64,000 bases of DNA, from the NCBI GenBank assembly GCA_030141605.1, contig JAQGDQ010000056.1, forward strand, positions 248,001 through 312,000, in the 5' to 3' direction. Positions 56,250 through 64,000 of the stretch are shown in pieces (the stretch's first letter is position 1; every line of letters begins with the position of its first letter). The notes below the pieces were generated by a model that made no database searches, was not told where the DNA came from, and saw only the letters and a program-made list of their open reading frames with translations. This DNA is from Tubiluchus corallicola. Lineage: Eukaryota; Animalia; Priapulida. The position numbers were made by a program, and so were the translations under genes.

Positions 56250-59200
56250 ATGTTTTGCAGTATGACTTGTGCTATGCTGTACAAGGCACCAAAGAGCACT
56301 TCATTACTAAATGTTAACACTGGACCGAAATGGGAAAGACGTTTGAGGTGGTTGTACATATTTTTTGCATGGAATGCTTTTGGAGGTGTTTTATATCTCA
56401 AGTTCAGTGGTAAAGGAAAGAAAATGCAAGAAATGCAAGCCTACAAAGATGGAAGTGGGGAAAGGACCGGGAAAGAAGAACTTGAATTGGAAAAATACCT
56501 TACACAAGGTATAAAGTATTATTATAATTCTAATTTCTATATCTAGTTTCTTCTGATGAAAATATACCATTACTACATATATTGTGATTTGGCAAACAAT
56601 CTGTAGTTTTATTCTCGTTTTGCAAGAGAGTAAATTACAATTTATGTACAGGATTTTTCTTTTTGTTTTCCTTTTGAACTACAGATGAAACAGCCACAAT
56701 GTTGTGGACCATTGGAACTCACTCAATAGTGAAACATTTGACGCTTTAAATCTGCAACAATTTCGCAAATTGTTGAGTCGAGACCGTCACTAGCAGGTCT
56801 CATAGACTTCGCAAGCAAGTGCTTGTTTGCAAGTTCGCAATACTTGGCTTGTTGACGCGTGAACTAATTCTTAATTTTAACACTGTTGGAACCTGTCTAC
56901 CTGCTTTATTCAAAAAAGATGCAAAACTGATTACACAGAACTGTGGCAAGCAAATCACACTCGCAACATCCTTGCCATTTCACGTTACTTTATATAAACA
57001 ACTTACATTATTACGTAGTACCATTTCACAACGAACAGGTGACCCTTTATTGTTTCCAAGGGTTGATAGAAACTCAATGCATTATGCAACCACAAATTTT
57101 ATCTTTAAGCCTGGGATGCTCCCTTTTGACCAATGATTTGGAACTCGGAATTTGGAGTCTACAACTTGGACGCACAGTTTCAATAGCCGCCCTGTAAAGA
57201 GCCTTTTGGCAACCACTATGCTGTGCTATGAGGCAAGGCCATTGTGTCTCTGCTGCATGAGCTAAGCAGGCAGCCATGTGCATTGACGACTATTGCAATT
57301 CAAACCAACATTATCATACCACCCTTCCCTACCTGTACCGTCCTTCATAACCGACCAGGGAACGCTAGTGAAAGACGCTGATCTTAGTACCACTGTCGCA
57401 CCTTCATCAACTCAGTAACTAATTTCGCTTCATGTAGCAACATAGGTTTATAGTGTGGACTTACTGCTTCATTAGCCATCATGTAAGAAAAAGACTCACA
57501 ATGTTTCATGTCATTGCATTCTATCCGGTGGGAGACCTTATTTTCCTCACTCATGTTATGTCATGTGATAAAGTCAAAAAAGATGATGAGCAAAGTAACA
57601 CAATTTTGTTCATGGACATTTGTTGAACTCTTTGACAATGATTGTGTTGATAATCTGACGACTATGGCGAGTTTTTTTGATAAAAAGAGTGATAGTGTTG
57701 GTGGTATGATGTGTTTATTAAAAACCTTGATAATAATGCTTTTATGCTACTTGTGCTGTGTTTATAATGTATGTGTTTATACATACGGCATTTAGCTCAT
57801 TTTATCATTATAATACTCTGATGATTAATACTATATTTGCTTGTAGATCAATTGATAATTTTGGTGATCATATGATATTTTGCTTTAACTGAATAATATT
57901 TTGGCAGAATAATTCTTGTCCAGAATATGTATTGTATTCATTTACTGCCTCACTTTTTTGTGTAAGCACCTAATTAGGCCCAGCCATATAAAAGCTGACT
58001 CCATTTCTGTAAATACCTAGTCTCGTCTACTACTTGCATGAATACATGCTAGAATATAAAATTCCTGTAGTAATTTGGTGGGTGCCACCGGTGTTCTGTA
58101 CTTGAAATTAAATTAAGAAGTTTCATATTGGCATCACCAATGATTTAGCATAGAATTTTATTTAGATCACTCATCGTCATCCATGGATAATTAAATAAAG
58201 AAAAGTGCTTGTAGCACTGCCACCTTCTGTGGCTCGGATCAATTACAGTTAACAGTTTGAGTTCTTTTCTTTCTCTTTCTTTCATAGGAATGTAAGAGCA
58301 CTATGGCTTCTTTTGTGCCAACACTCCCCTCCGTTCACATTGGTTACACCCTATAGAAAGCATTACCATTTATTCTTAGCCTCAGCCCAACCTGGGCTTC
58401 CCTGTTGGAGTCAGCTATAACCTTACCACCTTAAGCTGATTAGTCTACTGCTGTAAAACTTTTGTACTCTTTTGAATAAAATAGTTTATTTTGGCTAAAT
58501 CTGCATAGTTCTGGTGTTTCTTTTAATGACTTTACAATACTCGATATCCATTTCTACATGTGCATTCCGGTGCTGAGAAAATTTACAAGTTTTTATTTTC
58601 TGTCACACTTATTTATAAACAATTATTTGTATCAGTATATTATTTTAATTGATACTGTACTGTACTATAGTTTCACCTTTGAGTATTTTTCTTAGCCAAT
58701 ATACTTAGTAATGTATTTGAGCAATACACGAAACTGAAATTGAATTGATAATATTATATTATTACTAACAAATTTAAAAGTGTAATGAGGGTGGTGTGCT
58801 TAATGCCGAACAGAGACTACTGTAGTCCTTTATGTGATATAATAAGGAAGTTAAATGTGTACAAATCGTGATGCACGTAATTAGAAAAGATCACAAACTG
58901 GATCTTCTTTGCACTAAAGGTGACAAGCTAGTCCCAAGTTCCAAATTAAAGCAAATTCAGGATTTTCGGGCGTGTAAGGTGCCGTTTATTGGGAGTCATC
59001 AATTTTCGCATTGGAAAATAATATATGAAGATTAGAGTCATTAATATTGATAAGAAACTTGTAGAATATAGAATCAGACACATCATTCCTGAACAATAGA
59101 AAAGCAAGGTTGGGCTATTGCAAATATACTAGCACTGGCTTCTTTTTATAATTTTTTTGGTATGTGTGATTTCGAAGATAGGAAAGGCAAAATAGACAGT

Positions 59201-59745
59201 ATGGGCCTTTTGTGCCAGACCTTATTGAAGATTTCGCTATGTCAAGTGTTCAGTAACTTATTAAATAGCCAGGCCTGGAATGGGATCTTATGGCTGCTAT
59301 ATAACGTAATTGTGAAACTTTTTTGTAATATTGGAAACTATACATTAAACATGAAATTCATACATTAAAACTATATATTTTAGCTGAGAAAATTGCAATG
59401 ATGTATAAGAGACCAACAGACACACAAGTAAATTTCAAGCGCTACAATTGGCATGGCAAGAAAATTGGAGACTGGACAATGGAGGACACGGAAAAGAAAA
59501 TATCAATGGTAGGTTTTCTATTATTTTTTTACTTCTTTCAAAAAAAGAATCAAATTTTGCATGACTGACAGACAAGCACGAATCCATTTTGTTGTGAGCT
59601 AGCTTCTGTCTGGTGAGGTTTCTTGTCTAACAATAAATCATTGAACCCAACATTTGTACAATGGATTTTTCTATTGCAGAAAAGAGCAGAGAGTGTAGAG
59701 TTAACCCAAAATCAAGCCGATATTATAGCTACTGAAAAGAGTTGA
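56250..59745 (+). CDS. Small single-pass membrane protein, SMIM26-like (up to 149 aa), 3 coding exons
   Basis: Exons 56250-56508, 59384-59508, 59680-59745 join in phase with canonical sites; WERRLRWLYIFFAWNAFGGVLY is a hydrophobic segment resembling the W-x-RR...Y...W...G...Y pattern of SMIM26. Start Met ambiguous (three in-frame ATGs). Confidence 0.7.
56690..58422 (+). mobile_element. Unclassified dispersed element, copy B, in intron 1 of the SMIM26-like gene
   Basis: WDAPF*P...FQ*PPCKEPFGNHYAVL*GKAIVSLL (57112-57255) and 3' block 58214-58422 are homologous to copy A. 5' boundary uncertain. Confidence 0.6.
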
Positions 59746-59995
59746 AATGGAACTAATCTGGAGTGCAGTTTGTATCACTTCAAAAGAACTGTTTTTGAAT
59801 AATTCTATAAAGCTGATGGTTGCAATCCAGAATGATAAACCTTTCTAGTCATCTGTGTGGGTAATAACTGGGTATTCAGCAATCAAATACAGCATCCAAT
59901 TACTGTAATAGTGTGAAGTTAGTGGTATCATTTCTATAAACCATTTGCTAAAGTCAGTTTAATTTGTGCTTAGTAGTGTATGAAATGCTATCCTG

Positions 59996-60057
59996 TATGA
60001 AGCCGTCTTTCTGTTCATTGTTCAACTATGAAGCCGTCTTTCTGTTCATTGTTCAAC
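59996..60057. repeat. Perfect 31-bp tandem duplication
   Basis: tatgaagccgtctttctgttcattgttcaac x2. Confidence 0.95.
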
Positions 60058-60650
60058 TTTTATATCCTGTAAGTCATATACAGTGGACACAAATTTAGTA
60101 GACTGGAGATGTGAACAAATAAACTTAGAAATTATGCTCACCTATATTTTTTATAATTAGACAGACATGTGCATCAGTCTGTTTATCGGTGAGGCACATC
60201 ATTTTCAACTTTTCGAGATGCAATTTAGATCATAAATTGAAAATGGTTGAAGGATATTGACTGCAGATTGCGTTGTTGTTGTTAGTGTTATTGTTATTAT
60301 GAAATTATGCACTGAAGTAGATTTTTTGTAAATGTTTGTAAATAAAAGCATAACATGTACATCCAGTGCATTACATTTCTTTCTACCATAATAAATAAAT
60401 TTCAATAATTTATAAAATTTTGCTATTTAAGAAAGAAATTATTGCTAATTGTACCATCCAATTAGCCCTTTTTGATGATTGTAACAAGAAAAACAACTAC
60501 GGTAGCACAGCCTGTGCTTATACAACAAATAATACATGGAACCCTAGAATGTTAAGTTACTTCATACTATAATAATATAATATAAGCTGCTCTTTAAATT
60601 ATATAATTAACAACTATTTACAATACCATTTTTCTGATGCATTATTGAAA

Positions 60651-63600
60651 CTAAGATACAAGCTTCGCTTGAAGATCACTGTCATTGCTTGCATCTGCTA
60701 TAGTTTGCCTTTCTACCAACTTCCTAAACATTCCATTCTGTAAAGACATCAATTCGTCATATGAGCCAAGCTCTCCTACTCTTCCATCGCTGAGCACTGC
60801 AATTCTGTCTGCATTGCGGATAGTAGAAAGGCGATGAGCAATGACAATCACAGTCCTGTTTACCATTAAACGTTCCAATGCTTCTTGGACGAGATATTCG
60901 CTTTCTGCATCTAAAGCACTGAAAATATGCGAATTAATGTAACTTGCATATTAACACATAGCATCATTAGCGAAACTGGACTTCAACTTGAATATTAAAA
61001 TTGCTCCTATGTTATGACTGCCATGAGAAACAATTTTTTTCCATGAAATTAGATGCAGTAAATATAGTCTAGAAAACACCATGTGAATGGTCAATTAACT
61101 CAAAAAGTGAATTCTCTTATTTTCCATCAAATTACATGTAGTAAATATGTATTCCAGAAAACACTATGTGAATGCTCAATTAACTCAAATGCTGTATTCT
61201 CTTATTTTTCACGAAATTAGATGCAATAAATATAGTCTAGAAAACAAAACTATCTGAATGGTCAATTGACTCAAAAAGTGAAGTCTCTCCAGTACCTTGT
61301 TGCTTCATCCAAAATGAGAATTTTGGGATCCTAGAAAAAAGGAAAATAACTTTATTAAAAACATACATAGATATATAGGGTATTGATCCTACAAATGCAA
61401 ATAATGCTTTAGAACTGCAAACAAATTTGGGTTCAGCCCTCGTAAGAAATACAATCTCTCATCTAGGGGGTACGAAAGCCTAATCTTTTAGATGCTTTAA
61501 CATGGGATTTAAGGCTGAACTGAACTTGGAATATAGTTCCATATTATTTGGTACATAAAATTGCACGATTTGATACATCAAACTAACATTTAAAAGCGAG
61601 GAGATTCCAAGAAAAGCTTATGTTGTGACAGCTGGGCTACTCTGCACAGAATTCAGTTTTTGATACAGGTCAAACCTTTTCACACCGACCAGTCTGGGGC
61701 CAAAAAACTGACATAATAGTGAGTTTGGCATTATACTGTATTGAGTTGTGTTAAATTTTTCCGTAGAAGAATTGCAAAACAGTCAGGCAGGTGTACACTG
61801 GCTAGAATTCTCAATTTTCACTCTAAAGGGGTTAGAGCTCTCAATTTTGACCCCAAAGGCTAGTGAATTAAAAGAAAATTATTAAATTAATCATAAGTGA
61901 ATTAATGACTCGCTATGTGAATTATAATGACTCACTCAAAATCAATCATATTTATTAAGAAGTTATAAGTGGCCTGCACTCAACTGTATAATAGACTAGG
62001 TCTACTGCTCCACTAAACATGTATATGCAAAAAAAGTCACAACTGCAAATTTCTTGCTGACATTTGTTTGTATGATTCTTAGAACACAAACAAATACCTC
62101 GCTTCTTGTGGCAAAAAAGAGACAAATGTTTTCTTGTCAGTTACCATTATGACTGCGTGACACGTTGACAATAATATATCATTGTGTTTGTATGATGTAC
62201 AAATACAGCTTGCAAACAATCAAAACATGACAACATGCAACACGAGACGTGACATCTGGTCAATGTCAGCAACTCAGTGGAGTGTACATAAGCAGCATCG
62301 TACAGTCGGCATATCAAGAAGCTGCTGGCGTTATTTTCCAATTGAACACTTATATTAATTTGCCTAGCGGAGGGCGGGTAACGGGAGGCGTTATGATTTA
62401 TTCTTTTATACAAATGAATACAGCCGTTTTGTTCTTGGCCATTGTGCAGGCGGTAAACGAGTTTGGCAGTATAACGATGTTTGACTGTATCTCCAGTGAC
62501 AGTGACATTTTAAAGCATTCTGCATTCTAGTAAAACTACTATGGACGAAAGCAACTTCCAGTTACAAACCTTTAAAATAGCACGAGCAATTGCAATTCGT
62601 TGTCTTTGTCCACCTAGAAAATCAATAAATTACTTTTATTTAAACAATTTATATAGCTATTTTAATTTATGTTGATATATTATGAAAATAAGAATTTTTT
62701 AGCTAACAAAAACAATTTAACAAAAATTGACACATTTTACTTTTTTTTAAAAATTTGTAACTTGTAGTTACGAGTTATGAATAGAAGTTATCGTTTGATT
62801 TATTCTAGACTTTAGTGTCTAGCCTAGCTTTATTCTTGGACTCAGTAGTTACATGTTTAATAATTAAGAGAGGCACATTTTTGCACATGAAATGTGTGCT
62901 TGCACAGCAAAACAGTCTGGAAGTCGGCAATTAAGATTTTTTAGTTAGTCACATATTCTGAATCTGAATCTTGTTAGGATCATTTTGCTACCAAGTTCAC
63001 CATTCTACGTTATTCCTAAGCTGAGATAATCTATGTTGAAGTTGAGTGTGCACCGTGTAGCGAAAAAAATAATCTACAGAAAATCTCTGTTAAAGTTTGC
63101 TATTGTTTTTATCACATTTTCACAGAGCCAGCTTAGCAACGGTATGAAAGGGTCGTTCTTATGGTTGCTGTTGCAGTTACAATTAAATCCAGTAGATGGC
63201 TGCTCAAGACGAGGACTTGGACTTGATAATGGAAAAATCGCATGAGAAATGGCAGCTTCCACAGATACTAAAGGAGTACTGAGGTACTCCTTACAGCGTC
63301 CACAGATACTAAGGGATACTAAGGTACTAAAGGAATTTGAAAATACAAGTTTTCAATACTAATTTTTAGGCAGAGACACAAGGAAGGGGCAGTAAAAACC
63401 TAATTTTTAGTATTTTTAAAACCTTTTACAAGTGCTTTAATGCTAGAATATGAAACTTAAATATATTTAACCTTTGCTTTTATCAAAAACAAAAAATAGA
63501 TATCGGACCCAATTTTTTATGCATTCTACTTTGAGGCTTCACAAAGCTGTTGCTACCAGGCCAACTTCCGGATGGTTTTGGTTTGCAAGCACATACATGA

Positions 63601-63825
63601 ATATTTTCTGCATACTCTGAACATTGAAAAGAATTCAGAAATACCAGACAACATAAGACCACGCTCGCCAACTATAGTGTTAAATTCTTCTGGAAAGCTT
63701 CGAATGAAAGTGTATGCATTTGCTTTTTTCGCAGCTTCAATCACTTCATCTGTTGTTACCATTTCAGGACAGGTGGCACCATATGCAATATTTTCTGCAA
63801 TAGTTGTCGAGAAGAGAATGGGCTC
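60651..63825 (-). CDS. ABCB10: Mitochondrial ABC transporter ABCB10, last four coding exons (5' part beyond the window)
   Basis: Exons 63645-63825, 62570-62613, 61296-61330, 60651-60918 in phase: [17 protein letters not shown]...[53 protein letters not shown]...VIAHRLSTI (ABC signature, Walker B, H-loop; EYLVQEAL typical of ABCB10). Confidence 0.9.
61036..61289. repeat. Three-copy ~85-bp minisatellite in the last ABCB10 intron
   Basis: Unit ttttccatgaaattagatgcagtaaatatagtctagaaaac...gaatggtcaattaactcaaaaagtgaattctc repeated three times with divergence. Confidence 0.88.
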
Positions 63826-64000
63826 CTACAAATATCCCAAACAATTTTTTTTCAAAAATTATATTAACAAGCAAAAGCACATTATGTTAACACTCGAATA
63901 AGTTTCTACTTACTGATGGTCTAATTAAACTTATAGAAATAAAGGGCATCGTTTATTATTCTATGCATTCAGAACATATACTTTAACACCCATGTCATTT

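Overview
AT-rich, intron-rich metazoan (invertebrate-like) genomic DNA. Reading both strands and phase-checking every splice junction by hand gives five complete housekeeping genes: PSMA1 (-, 10 coding exons), V-ATPase subunit E (+, 7), parvin (-, 10), a single-coding-exon VCPKMT/METTL21D (+) and RNASEH2C (-, 4). There is also a 3-exon SMIM26-like membrane microprotein gene (+), the last four exons of ABCB10 (-) and possible 3' exons of an unidentified + strand gene at the start. Mobile DNA includes a full-length Ty3/Gypsy (Mag-like) element with identical 327-bp TA...TA LTRs but a disabled gag-pol, a 5'-truncated APE-RT LINE inside RNASEH2C intron 1, several older LINE remnants, and hAT- and pogo-type MITEs. 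Three observations stand out. PSMA1 has two U12-type (minor spliceosome) introns. The LTR element looks newly inserted yet is coding-dead, with non-canonical termini and primer site. An unrecognised dispersed element is present twice and shares an unknown protein motif plus a conserved structured 3' module. No database searches were run; gene names rest on recognition of conserved protein motifs.
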